Assembly (NCBI GenBank): GCA_044449085.1
Contig: JBIOHR010000001.1
Location: forward strand, 1,134 to 65,133
Origin: Gemmatimonadales bacterium
GTDB taxonomy: Bacteria > Gemmatimonadota > Gemmatimonadetes > Gemmatimonadales > Gemmatimonadaceae
Direction: 5' to 3'
Length of the DNA stretch: 64,000 bases
Position numbers and translations under genes: made by a program
The notes under the pieces: generated by a model
Told to the model about the DNA's origin: nothing
Seen by the model: only the letters and a program-made list of their open reading frames with translations
The model's database searches: none
Part shown: positions 1 through 9,745 of the stretch, one piece after another
Layout: the number at the start of each line of letters is the position of its first letter
Numbering within the stretch: the first letter of the stretch is position 1

Positions 1-574
1 CACCGTACAGCTGCCCCGTCTGCGCGAGGTACGCGTTCCCTTCATCGAAGTACTCGGTGGAGAACAGCCCGCTGCGCTCGCCGATCGCCGCCGTGAGGAT
101 CGGCGTGTCGACGCGCAGGAATCCGCGCGCGTAGTAGAAGTCGTGCGTCGCCTGCTCGATCTCGCTGCGGATGCGCGCAATCGCCACCTGGCGCGGTGAG
201 CGAAGCCAGAAGGTGCGGTTGTCGAGCAGGAAATCGATGCCGTGCTCCTTCGGCTGGATCGGGTAGTCGAGCGGGCTCTCGCCGATGATCGAAAGGTCCG
301 CGATACCCAGCTCGTAGCCGCCGGGCGCGCGCGCATCGGCGCGCACCTCGCCCGAGACGCTCAGCGACGTTTCCTGCGTGAGGCGCGCGAAGTGATCCCA
401 CGTTTCCGGCGCGACTGCGCTCTTGACGAGCACCGTCTGGAGGACGCCCGTGCCGTCGCGCATCACGATGAACGCAACCTTGCCGGACGACCGGAGGTGC
501 GTCACCCAGCCGCGGACGGTGACGGATTTTCCGGCGTAGTTGGAGAGTTCGTTGATTCGTACGGATTGCATCAT
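1..574 (-). CDS. asnS: asparagine--tRNA ligase, N-terminal part (gene runs off the left edge)
   Basis: Absent from the ORF track because it has no stop inside the window. Hand translation of the minus strand from ATGATG (574-569) gives MMQSVRINELSNYAGKSVTVRGWVTHLRSSGKVAFIVMRDGTGVLQ...SPLDYPIQPKEHGIDFLLDNRTFWLRSPRQVAIARIRSEIE...GFLRVDTPIL. That is an OB-fold anticodon-binding domain followed by the start of a class IIb core. The YPIQPKEHG..FL.DNR..WLRS block is the AsnRS signature. Track ORFs 42..641(-) and 242..601(+) are shadow frames. Confidence 0.75.
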   Translation of the reverse strand, partial: MMQSVRINELSNYAGKSVTVRGWVTHLRSSGKVAFIVMRDGTGVLQTVLVKSAVAPETWDHFARLTQETSLSVSGEVRADARAPGGYELGIADLSIIGESPLDYPIQPKEHGIDFLLDNRTFWLRSPRQVAIARIRSEIEQATHDFYYARGFLRVDTPILTAAIGERSGLFSTEYFDEGNAYLAQTGQLYG

Positions 575-582
575 GCAAACTC

Positions 583-656
583 GATGGAAGATGAAAGATG
601 AAAGATGGAAAGTCGAAGGCGACGGAGTGGAGGTCTTCCATCTTTCATCTTCGATC
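583..656. repeat. intergenic palindromic element, GATGGAAGATG family, copy 1
   Basis: Arms GATGGAAGATGAAAGATGAAAG (583-604) and CTTCCATCTTTCATCTTCGATC (635-656) pair at 20 of 22 positions around a 30-nt loop. It lies between the dehydrogenase stop (669) and the asnS start (574). The same arm motif recurs at 9561-9745 and 24426-24539. Confidence 0.7.
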
Positions 657-668
657 TCACATCGCGAT

Positions 669-1967
669 TCACTTGCCCCTGTAACTGACCTTGTAGATCG
701 TCCCGCTGACATCGTCCGAGATGTACAGCGACCCGTCCGTCCCCTGGGCCAGTCCCGTCGGGCGGTGGATACGCCCGTCCTTTCCGGGTCCGCCGGCGTC
801 GGAGAAGTCGACCGCGAAATCTTCGAACGGCCCGGTGGCCGCCCCCTTCATCGGCAGGAACACGACGCGAAATCCCTGCTGCGGCTTCGGCGCGCGATTC
901 CACGATCCGTGAAACGCGATGAACGCGCCGTCCTTGTACCTCGCGGGAAACTCGGAGCCCGTGTAGAACATCATGTCGTTCGGCGCCCAGTGGCCGGGGA
1001 ACACATACGCCGGCTGCGTCCTCGACGTGCAGCGCGAGGCGTTCTTTCCGTCGCCGCCGTACTCGGGCGCGTTCACGAGCTTCTTCTCGGCGGTCGAGTA
1101 GTAGCAGTACGGCCAGCCAAAGTCGGCGCCTTTCGTGATGTGATTGACCTGCTCGCCGGGATTCTCGGCGCTGTAGTCATCCGAGAAGCCCCAGTCGTTC
1201 AGCTGGTCGCGCCCATGCATGGTGGCCCAGAGTGTGTTGTCGCGCGGGTTCACCGTGAGCGACACGGAGTTGCGCATGCCTGTCGCATAGCGCACGCCGT
1301 CCGCGGGATGCTGTCGCATCTTGTTCGCATCGAACGTCCACACGCCCGCGCGAGACTCGAGTTCCATGCATGGATCCACGCCGGGAGCCTTCCCCTTGCG
1401 GTCGAGGTCGGGCGGCTGGCACGCGTTGGTCCGCGAGCCAACGTTCATGTAGATCGTGCTGCCGATGATCTTGAAGTTGTACGCCGTATGGCCACCGGTC
1501 GCGAACCCTGAGACGACCGTGTCGGCCGCGCCCAGCGCGGTGTCGCCGGTCGCGTACTTGTACCGCACGATGGCCGGTCCGGCCGAGGTGTACAGGTAGC
1601 CGTTCGCGAGCGCGATTCCCGATCCGCTTCCGGGCTTCATCTTCAGGACGAGCTCGGCCTTGCCATCGTGGTTCGCGTCGCGCAGCAGCATCAGCGAGCC
1701 GCCGGTTCGCGCGCCCCCGGCTTCAGCGTTCGTCTGATACGGGTTGCCGATCACCAGCAAGTCGCCGTTCGGCGCGACCACCATGTGGCGGGGCGCGCCG
1801 ACCTTGTCGGCGAACACCGTCGCACAGAAGCCCGGCGGCAGAGTGAGGTCTGCGTTGTTCGCGTCGCAGGGGACGGCGCGCGCACGTACGTGCGCCGGTG
1901 GCGACGCGGCGGCGAGCATTGCGGCAACGGCGAGCGCGAAAGCACTGCCTGACGTTGAGGGGCGCAT
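669..1967 (-). CDS. PQQ-dependent sugar (glucose/sorbosone) dehydrogenase family beta-propeller protein, secreted
   Basis: 432 aa. N-terminal signal-like MRPSTSGSAFALAVAAMLAAA. LPPGF..TVFADKVGAPRHMVVAPNGDLLV, DGKAE and GWPYCYY blocks are typical of the soluble sorbosone/glucose dehydrogenase family. Confidence 0.7.
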   Translation of the reverse strand: MRPSTSGSAFALAVAAMLAAASPPAHVRARAVPCDANNADLTLPPGFCATVFADKVGAPRHMVVAPNGDLLVIGNPYQTNAEAGGARTGGSLMLLRDANHDGKAELVLKMKPGSGSGIALANGYLYTSAGPAIVRYKYATGDTALGAADTVVSGFATGGHTAYNFKIIGSTIYMNVGSRTNACQPPDLDRKGKAPGVDPCMELESRAGVWTFDANKMRQHPADGVRYATGMRNSVSLTVNPRDNTLWATMHGRDQLNDWGFSDDYSAENPGEQVNHITKGADFGWPYCYYSTAEKKLVNAPEYGGDGKNASRCTSRTQPAYVFPGHWAPNDMMFYTGSEFPARYKDGAFIAFHGSWNRAPKPQQGFRVVFLPMKGAATGPFEDFAVDFSDAGGPGKDGRIHRPTGLAQGTDGSLYISDDVSGTIYKVSYRGK

Positions 1968-2022
1968 CGGTCCGAAGGTGACAGGTACGAAATCAGCGAT
2001 CGGGGACGCCGATAATCTAACC

Positions 2023-4149
2023 TCAGCCGACCCTGAACAACTCCAGCGCGCGGCCGTACCGCTTGCGCAGCACGTCGTGGAGCGGCTTGTTCGCTTTGCT
2101 CGTCAGCCCCGGGTCGGCGGCAAGAAGCTCCCCTGCGCCAGCGCGGGCGACTTCGCCGAGTTCGAGGTCGCGGAGCGGGTCGGCCACGCGGAAGGTCGGC
2201 TCCCCGCTCTGCCGTTCGCCGAAGAGGTCACCCATTCCGCGGAGGCGCAGGTCGGCCTCGGCGATCTCGAACCCGTCGTCCGTTCCGACGAACACGTCGA
2301 GGCGCTCGGCGACCTCGGGACTGACGTCGCCGAGCAGGATGCAGAAGCTCTCCTCTGCGCCGCGCCCCACGCGGCCGCGCAGCTGGTGGAGCTGCGAGAG
2401 GCCGAAGCGCTCCGGGTGCTCGATGAGCATGACGGTCGCGTTGGCGACGTCGATTCCCACCTCGATAACGGTCGTCGAGACGAGAATGTCGACCTCGCCG
2501 TCGCGGAAACGGCGCATCGTGCTGTCCTTCTCCGCGGCATCGAGCCGCCCGTGGAGCAGCGCGACCCTCCGCGCAGCGAAGCGCCCGGTGCGCAGGGCTT
2601 CGAATTCCTTCGTCGCGGCGCGGAGCGCGACTTTGTCGCTTTCGTCGATCAGCGGAAACACGATATAGGCCTGGCGCCCCTTCGCGACCTGCGCATCCAG
2701 AAAGTCGAAAACTTTTGCACGCCCCTTTTCCGCGCGCATCGCGGTGGTCACCGGGTGCCGTCCCGGCGGACGCTCATCGAGGATGCTGACATCGAGATCG
2801 CCGTAAAGCGTGAGCGCGAGCGACCGGGGAATCGGCGTCGCGCTCATCAGCAGGACGTCGGGGCGGTCACCCTTCTTGCCGAGCGCGAGCCGCTGTTCGA
2901 CGCCGAAGCGATGCTGTTCGTCCACCACCGCGAGGCCGAGCCGCGCGAAACTGGTTCCCTCCTGGGTCAGCGCGTGCGTGCCGACGACGATCAGCGGCTC
3001 GGTGCTCGCCAGCCGCGTTGCCGCAGCCTTCCGCTCGCGCGCGGTGAGCGCCCCGGTGACGAGGAGCGGCGACATTCCGAGCGGCGCGAGCTGCGCGGCG
3101 AAGGTGCGCGCGTGCTGTTCCGCGAGCAGTTCGGTGGGTGCCATGACCGCCGCCTGGTATCCGTTCTCCACGGCGAGCAGCGCGGCGAACAGCGCGACAA
3201 TGGTCTTCCCGCTGCCGACGTCGCCCTGCAGGAGGCGATGCATGCGCTGCGGACTCGTCATGTCCTGCACGATCTCGCGCGTGGCGCGGACCTGCGCGCC
3301 CGTGAGTTCGAAGGGCAGCAAAGCCTTGAGGCGCGACGTGAGCACACGTTTGTTCTCGAAGCGGATCCCGGCGCGCGCCTCGCGGGCGAGCGCCTTGGCC
3401 CGGAGCTTGAGGATGTGCACGCACAGCAGTTCCTCGTACGCCAGCCGCGCGCGGCCCGCGTGCGCCTCCGCAAGCGTGCGCGGCCGGTGGACGGCGCGCA
3501 ATGCATCGGGCAGCGCCGGGACGCCGGCGGCCGCAATGAGCGCCGGCGGGATGTATTCCGAGAACAGTGGCAGGTACTCGTCGAGATGCCGCTCGATGAG
3601 CGCGCGCAGCTGCTTGAACGAAAAACCTTCCGTCGCCGGATAGACCGCGAGTACCCGGCCTCCGCTCGTGCCCGTCGCTGTGTCCTCGGGACCGAGGTTC
3701 ACGAACTCCCGCGGCGCGAGCACGCGCCCGTGGAAGAACCGCACCGGTCCGCTCAGCAACAGGACGTCGTCCTTCTTGATCACACGATCGAGAAACGGCT
3801 GGCCGGGCCAAGACGCTTCGATCAGCCCGCTCGAATCCTGCACCACGGCCTGAAAGACGCGCAGCCCTTTCCGGGTGGGGATCACGCCTTTGGAAATCAC
3901 GGTGCCGATCACGGTCGCGTCGTCACCGATGCGGAGTTTCGCGATGGCCGTGACCGTGCTCGCGTCTTCGTAGCGGTGGGGGATGTGGAGGAACAGGTCG
4001 CGCGCGGTGAAGATGCCGAGCCGCCGCAATGCGTCGGCTCGCGCTGGACCGACGCCGGTGAGATAGGTGACGGCCGTGTCGAGCGACCGCGCGGGCGGCC
4101 CGCCGGGGCGGCCGGGCCCACCGGAGTTGCCGCCGCGTCGCGCGGTCAC
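2023..4149 (-). CDS. recG: ATP-dependent DNA helicase RecG
   Basis: 708 aa. Wedge/OB N-terminus, then LTGAQVRATREIVQDM..PQRMHRLLQGDVGSGKT (Walker A), VVDEQHRFG (DEQH box) and helicase C motifs QLHQLRGRVGRG. Confidence 0.95.
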   Translation of the reverse strand: MTARRGGNSGGPGRPGGPPARSLDTAVTYLTGVGPARADALRRLGIFTARDLFLHIPHRYEDASTVTAIAKLRIGDDATVIGTVISKGVIPTRKGLRVFQAVVQDSSGLIEASWPGQPFLDRVIKKDDVLLLSGPVRFFHGRVLAPREFVNLGPEDTATGTSGGRVLAVYPATEGFSFKQLRALIERHLDEYLPLFSEYIPPALIAAAGVPALPDALRAVHRPRTLAEAHAGRARLAYEELLCVHILKLRAKALAREARAGIRFENKRVLTSRLKALLPFELTGAQVRATREIVQDMTSPQRMHRLLQGDVGSGKTIVALFAALLAVENGYQAAVMAPTELLAEQHARTFAAQLAPLGMSPLLVTGALTARERKAAATRLASTEPLIVVGTHALTQEGTSFARLGLAVVDEQHRFGVEQRLALGKKGDRPDVLLMSATPIPRSLALTLYGDLDVSILDERPPGRHPVTTAMRAEKGRAKVFDFLDAQVAKGRQAYIVFPLIDESDKVALRAATKEFEALRTGRFAARRVALLHGRLDAAEKDSTMRRFRDGEVDILVSTTVIEVGIDVANATVMLIEHPERFGLSQLHQLRGRVGRGAEESFCILLGDVSPEVAERLDVFVGTDDGFEIAEADLRLRGMGDLFGERQSGEPTFRVADPLRDLELGEVARAGAGELLAADPGLTSKANKPLHDVLRKRYGRALELFRVG

Positions 4150-4178
4150 CGGGGCGTCACCGGGACGTCACCGCGGCA

Positions 4179-5087
4179 TCACCGGTCGAACAGCTCCGAG
4201 GCGAAGCGCGCAGGGTCAAAGGGCCGAAGATCGTCCGCGCCCTCGCCGACGCCGACGAACTTCACCGGAACGTCGAGCGCCTCGTGCACCGCGACGATCA
4301 CGCCGCCCTTCGACGTGCCGTCGAGTTTCGTTACGACAATTCCCGTGACGGGAACCGACGCCGCGAAGGTCGATGCCTGCGCAATCGCGTTCTGACCGAT
4401 GGTCCCGTCGAGCACGAGCAACGACTCGTGCGGCGCACCCGCCAATCGCTTGCCGATCACGCGCGCGACTTTTCGAAGTTCTTCCATGAGGTCATCGCTC
4501 GTGTGCAGGCGCCCCGCCGTGTCTACGATGATGACATCGGCACCGCGCGTCACTCCGGCGTCAATCGCGCTGAACGCGACGGCCGCGGGATCGCCGCCGC
4601 TCGCACCTGCGACGAACTCCACTCCGGTCCGCTCCGCCCACACGCGGAGCTGGTCCACGGCGCCGGCCCGGAAGGTGTCGCCGGCCGCGACGAGCACCTG
4701 CTTTCCCTCGCGTTTCAATCGCGACGCCAGCTTGCCGATGAACGTCGTCTTTCCCGCGCCGTTCACGCCGAGCACGAGGATCACGGTGGGCTTCGCCGCG
4801 GCATGCACGAGCGCGGGATCGCTCCGTCCGCTGGTGAGCGCGGCCGCGACCGCCGTCCTGAGAGCGCCCTCGAAGTCCGCCGCAGACTTGATTTCACCGC
4901 GGCGCGCGCGCTGCTCGATGTCCGCCACCAGGCGCGACGACACCTTCACGCCAAAATCCGCTTCGATCAGCAGCGTCTCCAGGCGCTCGAGCGATCCGGC
5001 GTCGACGCCGCCGCGCGCGAACACCGCGACGTCGGTGAGCGCGACGTCCCTGATGCGCTGCCAGAGCGATTTTTTCGGCGCGATCAC
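4179..5087 (-). CDS. ftsY: signal recognition particle receptor FtsY
   Basis: NG domain motifs GVNGAGKTTFIGKLA, DTAGRLH and TKLDGTSKGG. The track ORF runs to 5606 across the upstream gene. An in-frame GTG at 5087, 23 nt after the upstream stop, gives VIAPKKSLWQRI and a 302-aa protein. Confidence 0.9.
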   Translation of the reverse strand: MIAPKKSLWQRIRDVALTDVAVFARGGVDAGSLERLETLLIEADFGVKVSSRLVADIEQRARRGEIKSAADFEGALRTAVAAALTSGRSDPALVHAAAKPTVILVLGVNGAGKTTFIGKLASRLKREGKQVLVAAGDTFRAGAVDQLRVWAERTGVEFVAGASGGDPAAVAFSAIDAGVTRGADVIIVDTAGRLHTSDDLMEELRKVARVIGKRLAGAPHESLLVLDGTIGQNAIAQASTFAASVPVTGIVVTKLDGTSKGGVIVAVHEALDVPVKFVGVGEGADDLRPFDPARFASELFDR

Positions 5088-5110
5088 CCGGCCGCGCCCC
5101 TTCGCCGCGC

Positions 5111-6904
5111 TCACCGAAGCCCGACCTTGCGCCGGAGGACCCACTCCGCGCAGAGTGCGGCGATGGCAAGCGCATACAGCCACCAGAGCGTGCGCGCCCG
5201 CGGCGCTCGGTCCGCCGCCGGCGCGGATCCCACTGCGCCCGACCGGACCATCGGCCGGCGCGGCAGCCATTCTGCCGATGCGTTCACCGCCAGCAGGCCA
5301 TCGCCGCCCGCCGTATGCGTCTCGTAGACTCCCGGCGCGAGCGGCGGCGTCTCGGCAACGCCCGTCGCGCCTGCGAAGCGCTGGTGACGGGTGTCGGCCC
5401 GCGTGGCGCCGTTCGCGCGAACGACGACGGTCGCGACCGAGTCGCGCGGACTCCCCCGGCGCCAGCGCACGGGCTCGCCCGAGCGGAGCCACGGGGTGAC
5501 CGGATGCGCAGCGCGCGCGTCGGTTTCGTCGCCCGTGAGCCAATCGAAGATGGAACCCCACACCGCGGTGAAGGCGTCGGCGCTGCGGCCGCCGCGGAAT
5601 TTCCACCGCCAGAGTCCTGCCGCGCTCACCACCACCACGCGGCGCGGCTTCGAGCTCCCCGACACGAGCGGCCGCTCATCCATGCGGCGCGCACGGCGCG
5701 CGGTCACCGCAACCCATTCCGCGTCGCGCGCGGCGATGCCGGTCTCAACCGGCGGCAGCGAGTCCCAGGGCAGGCCGCTGAGCGCGGCGAGCAGCGGTGA
5801 CGGCGGCGCGCCGGTGGCATAGAAATCGTCGCCCTTCTGCGCAGGGGGCGCGATGAGCGCGAGGGCGCCGCGCGTGAGCGGGCGCGGCGCACCGAACACC
5901 GCGGTGTCGCCGTGCAGGATGGCGAGCGGTGCCTCGGCCACGGTGCGGCGCACTTCCTCCTCGGGCACCACGTTGAGCGAGCCGTCCTGCACCCAGCGGC
6001 CCGGCGCGACGCGAAAATATCCGCGGGTCGGCACCGCGAGCGTGCCGCGCAGCACGTCGAGCGCGTAGCGCGCATCTTCATCCGGCGCGGAAGAAACGAA
6101 CACCGCCGACGCGCCGCGAGCGACATCGAGCGTGAACGTCAGCGTATCGTCGGCCGCAAGCGCGTCGCCGTCGGTGGTGAGCACGAGGCGCAAGAGGCGC
6201 GCACCCGGCACGCCGCCGACCGGCGTGCGGAGGCGCACCGTGCGCTCCTCGTACGCCGCGAGCGTGTCCACCTTGGCAGTGGCGAGCGTCGCCGGCCCCT
6301 GCATGAGCGAGATTTTTCCGGCATGGGATCCTGCACCGCCCGCCACGATCACCGTGTTGAACTCCACGGTATCACCTGCGACCGCCGCAGAGGGGCCATC
6401 CACCGACGCCACGGCCGCGTCCGGGCGCGCCGCGCCGTCGAGCGTAACGACGTGCGAGCCCGCCGGGAGATCCGCGAGACGTTCGGGATCATCCACCCGG
6501 CCGTCGGTCACGAACACCGCGGCGCGACCGGCGCCCAGCGCGCGCTCGACAAGCGGTGCCACGCGCGTCGCGCGGTCGGCGGGCGCCGTAGGCGCGCGAC
6601 CGGCGCGCACGGAGTCGCCGACGAGCAGCAGCGTGTCGGCACCGACTGAGTCGGCGCTCTGCACCGCACGCCGCCACAGCGCCGTGTCACCCGAGGCGAC
6701 CCAGCTCGCCGACGCGTCGAGCGCCGCGTAGGGGCGCACGCGCCGCGACGGCCCGCCGGGCGCGTCAAACAGCATCGCAATCACGATGACGACGGCCACC
6801 GCGCGGAGCGCACGCGGCACCGGGGCGTTCGCGGCGCCGCCCGACCGGTACTGCACGAACGCGAGTGCCGACCCGGCGGCGAGGGCGAAAATCCAGATGA
6901 GCAT
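5111..6904 (-). CDS. hypothetical membrane protein (N- and C-terminal TM helices, large central domain)
   Basis: 597 aa, ATG start at 6904. Hydrophobic MLIWIFALAAGSALAF and AVAVVIVIAMLF at the N-terminus, LWWLYALAIAALCAEWVL at the C-terminus. High third-position GC. I do not recognise a specific family. Confidence 0.6.
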   Translation of the reverse strand: MLIWIFALAAGSALAFVQYRSGGAANAPVPRALRAVAVVIVIAMLFDAPGGPSRRVRPYAALDASASWVASGDTALWRRAVQSADSVGADTLLLVGDSVRAGRAPTAPADRATRVAPLVERALGAGRAAVFVTDGRVDDPERLADLPAGSHVVTLDGAARPDAAVASVDGPSAAVAGDTVEFNTVIVAGGAGSHAGKISLMQGPATLATAKVDTLAAYEERTVRLRTPVGGVPGARLLRLVLTTDGDALAADDTLTFTLDVARGASAVFVSSAPDEDARYALDVLRGTLAVPTRGYFRVAPGRWVQDGSLNVVPEEEVRRTVAEAPLAILHGDTAVFGAPRPLTRGALALIAPPAQKGDDFYATGAPPSPLLAALSGLPWDSLPPVETGIAARDAEWVAVTARRARRMDERPLVSGSSKPRRVVVVSAAGLWRWKFRGGRSADAFTAVWGSIFDWLTGDETDARAAHPVTPWLRSGEPVRWRRGSPRDSVATVVVRANGATRADTRHQRFAGATGVAETPPLAPGVYETHTAGGDGLLAVNASAEWLPRRPMVRSGAVGSAPAADRAPRARTLWWLYALAIAALCAEWVLRRKVGLR

Positions 6905-6990
6905 CGCTGTAAACTACGCGCGGAGCGCGATTATCGCGGGAGCGCATGGTAAGTCCCCAGACTTCCCAACTCGACGCTGATGTCCCTCGG

Positions 6991-7030
6991 CTTCAGTTCA
7001 CCACTGTCAGCTTGCGGCGGTGAACCGAAG
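6991..7030 (-). terminator. candidate hairpin downstream of the M23 peptidase gene (no U-tract)
   Basis: CTTCAGTTCACC (6991-7002) pairs with GGTGAACCGAAG (7019-7030) at 11 of 12 positions, with a 16-nt loop. It lies 50-90 nt past the stop at 7079. No T/U run follows, so function is uncertain. Confidence 0.3.
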
Positions 7031-7078
7031 CGGAGCGATTTCAGCCGAAAGTCCGGCGACTTCAGACCGGCCCGTCGG

Positions 7079-8359
7079 TCAGTGCGCGGTACCCGTCGTG
7101 GAGGGAGCGCGCAGCGTCCCAGCCGGCTCCTCGAGCTCCGCCAGCGCCGCGTGGCGCATCCGGTCGAACGCCGCGAGCTCGCCCGCGGCAAGCGGCGGTC
7201 CGGCCGTGGCCTTGAGCGCCTTGAGCGGGTCGCGCTGCACGCCGTCGACGAGCACTTCGAAGTGCAGGTGCGGCCCGGTGGTGAGGCCCGTGACCCCCAC
7301 GTAGCCGATCGTCTGCCCCATGGCAACGCGCGTGCCCGGGCGTATCCCGGCCGCGAACCCGCGCATGTGGCCGTAGCGCGTCACGAACCCGTTCGGATGG
7401 CGGATGTCGATGCTGTTGCCATAGCCGCCGTGTGGGCCCGCGAACACGACCACGCCGTCGCCGACACTGCGCACCGGCGTGCCGATCGCGGCGGCGTAAT
7501 CCGTCCCCTTGTGGGCGCGGATGTCGCCGAGGATCGGGTGTTCGCGCATGCCGAACACGCTGGAGATGCGCCGGAACGAGAGCGGCGCCCGCAGGAAACT
7601 CGCGCGCAGCGACCGCCCGTCCTGGTCGTAGTAGTCCGCGCGGCTCTCGCCCGCGGGGACGAACCGTATCGCCTGAAGTTCGGCGCCGCTCCGCTCGAGA
7701 CCGGCGGCGAGAATCGCGCCGATGCGCACGAGTCCGGACGGTGACCGCGAGCGCTCGAACACGGCGCGCACGGCGTCGCCGTCCTGGAGTTCGCGGCTCA
7801 TGTCAATGCGGTACTCGAAGATGTCGGCGATCGTCCACGCGAGCTCGGCACGCGCCCCCTTCGTGAGAAGGTCGCCTGACCCGGCGTTGACGGCGTCATA
7901 GAGATTGGAGTGCACCACGCCGTGCATCACGATCGTGTCGGTCGTCCAGGGCGTCCGCTCCTCGCGCGACGACCACGCGCTGCCGGTCCTCATCAGGTGC
8001 AGCGTGCGGTCGGCCGAAAGCAGAAGCGCGACGTCCGTCGGGCGCGGATCGGTGCCGTTGGTGCTGTCGCCGCTGAAGCGAACTTCCATTCCGGCGGGAA
8101 TCTTGCGCGGGTCGATCCCGGTTGCCGCGCGAATCGCGGCGGTCTGGTCGTCCCCGCCGAGGCCGCCGCGCGCGAGCACGGCGGCGAGCGATTCCCCTTT
8201 TTCGAGCGTGTCGAGCGTGGTCCACGCGCCTGCCGGCGTCGCGGGCTGCGACGGTGCATGGGGCACGGGCACAGGGCCAAAGACGAGCGCGGCGACAGCC
8301 AGAATGGCCGCCGCCGCGCCTGCTCCCCAGAGGGCGACGCGACTGCGCAGCGCCTTCAA
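7079..8359 (-). CDS. M23 family metallopeptidase (murein endopeptidase / EnvC-NlpD-like)
   Basis: 426 aa. N-terminal TM/signal region. C-terminal LytM core HKGTDYAA..GTPV..GDGVVVFAG..GGYGNSIDIRH..G.VTRYGHM...GYVGVTGLTTGPHLHFEV. The TTG start at 8359 overlaps the ftsZ stop (TTGA). Confidence 0.9.
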   Translation of the reverse strand: MKALRSRVALWGAGAAAAILAVAALVFGPVPVPHAPSQPATPAGAWTTLDTLEKGESLAAVLARGGLGGDDQTAAIRAATGIDPRKIPAGMEVRFSGDSTNGTDPRPTDVALLLSADRTLHLMRTGSAWSSREERTPWTTDTIVMHGVVHSNLYDAVNAGSGDLLTKGARAELAWTIADIFEYRIDMSRELQDGDAVRAVFERSRSPSGLVRIGAILAAGLERSGAELQAIRFVPAGESRADYYDQDGRSLRASFLRAPLSFRRISSVFGMREHPILGDIRAHKGTDYAAAIGTPVRSVGDGVVVFAGPHGGYGNSIDIRHPNGFVTRYGHMRGFAAGIRPGTRVAMGQTIGYVGVTGLTTGPHLHFEVLVDGVQRDPLKALKATAGPPLAAGELAAFDRMRHAALAELEEPAGTLRAPSTTGTAH

Positions 8360-9552
8360 TCCATCTGCCTCCGAATGAACGTCGGAATCTCGAGGTCGTC
8401 GAGATCCGGCTGCGGGCGGCGCTCAGGCGCGGGTTGCGGCGCCGCGCGGCGCGCGGGGGCCGCACCACCGCCGGAGGCCGGCTGTCCCTGATACGCGCTG
8501 CCGATGACCGGACGCGGACGCCCGCCGTCGATCGGGATCACCGGAGTGCCGGTCGAGGCGCGGGAGTACGATGGCGCCGCCTGCGCATGAGCCTTGCCAA
8601 AACCCGTGGCGACCACGGTCACGCGAATCTCGCCCTGCATGGACGGTTCCTGCACGGCACCGAAAATAATTTCGGCGTCGTCGCCCGCCGCATCGTGGAT
8701 GATGTCCGCGATCGCCGTGACTTCGCCAATGGAAAGATCCTGTCCGCCCGTGACGTTGAGCAGCACGCCGGTGGCACCCGAAATCGAGACGTTGTCGAGG
8801 AGCGGGCTGGAGATCGCCTGCTGCGCCGCTTCCATCGCGCGGTTGTCGCCGCGGCCGATGCCGGTGCCCATGAGCGCGGCGCCGCCGTCCTTCATCACGG
8901 TGCGCACGTCGGCGAAGTCCACGTTGATCATGCCGATGCCGCTGATGATCGTGGAGATGCCGCTGGTCGCGTGCAGGAGGACTTCGTCCGCTTTCTTGAG
9001 CGCGTCCTGGAACGGAATCCCCTTGCCCACAACCGCCAGCAGGCGCTCGTTCGGGACGATGATCATCGTGTCGACATACTTGGCCATCTCGGCGATTCCT
9101 TCGTCGGCCTGGCGCATGCGCTTCCGGCCTTCGAACAGGAACGGCTTCGTGACGATGCCGACGGTCAGCGCGCCGGCTTCGCGAGCGAGTTCGCAGACCA
9201 CAGGCGCAGCCCCCGTGCCCGTGCCGCCGCCCATGCCGCAGGTGACGAACACGAGGTCGCAGTTGGCGAGCACGCGCAGGACTTCTTCCCGATTTTCCTC
9301 GATCGCCTGACGCCCGATTTCAGGACGGGCACCGGCGCCGAGACCGCGGGTGAGTTTCTTGCCGATCTGGATTTTGATGTCGGACTTCGAGTTGAGCAGG
9401 GCCTGCGCGTCGGTGTTGACGGAGATGAACTCGACGCCGCTGAGGCTTTCCTCGATCATCCGGTTGACCGCATTCCCGCCGCCGCCGCCGACTCCAACGA
9501 CGCGCATCCGTGCGCTCTGGGCGGGGGTTTCCTCGAATTCGAAGATGCTCAT
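8356..9552 (-). CDS. ftsZ: cell division GTPase FtsZ
   Basis: 398 aa. GVGGGGGNAVNRM, tubulin signature GGGTGTGAAPV, and the C-terminal conserved peptide DDLEIPTFIRRQ. Confidence 0.98.
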   Translation of the reverse strand: MSIFEFEETPAQSARMRVVGVGGGGGNAVNRMIEESLSGVEFISVNTDAQALLNSKSDIKIQIGKKLTRGLGAGARPEIGRQAIEENREEVLRVLANCDLVFVTCGMGGGTGTGAAPVVCELAREAGALTVGIVTKPFLFEGRKRMRQADEGIAEMAKYVDTMIIVPNERLLAVVGKGIPFQDALKKADEVLLHATSGISTIISGIGMINVDFADVRTVMKDGGAALMGTGIGRGDNRAMEAAQQAISSPLLDNVSISGATGVLLNVTGGQDLSIGEVTAIADIIHDAAGDDAEIIFGAVQEPSMQGEIRVTVVATGFGKAHAQAAPSYSRASTGTPVIPIDGGRPRPVIGSAYQGQPASGGGAAPARRAAPQPAPERRPQPDLDDLEIPTFIRRQMD

Positions 9553-9560
9553 TTTGAACG

Positions 9561-9745
9561 GCGATGGAGGATCGAAGATGGATGATCGAAGTTGGTTCAG
9601 TGAATATATCTGCGAATCAACTCGCCACGTAGTTAGGACGACTCACGGTCAAAAACAGAACGTGCGCAAGCAGGTGGGTTTATCCACATCCGATCGCGCA
9701 CGAAATGAAAGTGACCTCCATCCTACACCTTCGATCTGTCATCGC
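9561..9745. repeat. intergenic palindromic element, GATGGAAGATG family, copy 2 (long-range arms)
   Basis: Left arm GCGATGGAGGATCGAAGATGGATGATCGAAG (9561-9591). Right arm CCTCCATCCTACACCTTCGATCTGTCATCGC (9715-9745). GCGATG/CATCGC, GATCGAAG/CTTCGATC and GATGGAGG/CCTCCATC are complementary. The arms bracket a lower-GC core of about 120 nt in the ftsA-ftsZ spacer. Confidence 0.55.

Noticed and set aside
42-641. Track ORF 42..641(-) 199 aa as the gene at the left edge.
   Set aside because: Its translation is Arg-rich nonsense. A different minus-strand frame gives a clean AsnRS N-terminus that starts at 574 and stays open to the window edge.
1744-4395. Very long track ORFs antisense to or overlapping recognised genes. 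Examples: 1744..4395(+) 883 aa, 38802..41600(+) 932 aa, 47520..49895(+) 791 aa, 60369..62678(+) 769 aa, 19190..21253(+) 687 aa and 47911..49881(-) 656 aa.
   Set aside because: Each lies opposite or out of frame to a gene with unmistakable conserved motifs (recG, TPR, ileS, paaJ/paaH, murE). Their translations are Arg/Ala/Pro/Gly-rich low-complexity strings with no motifs. Long open shadow frames are expected in roughly 70 percent GC DNA.
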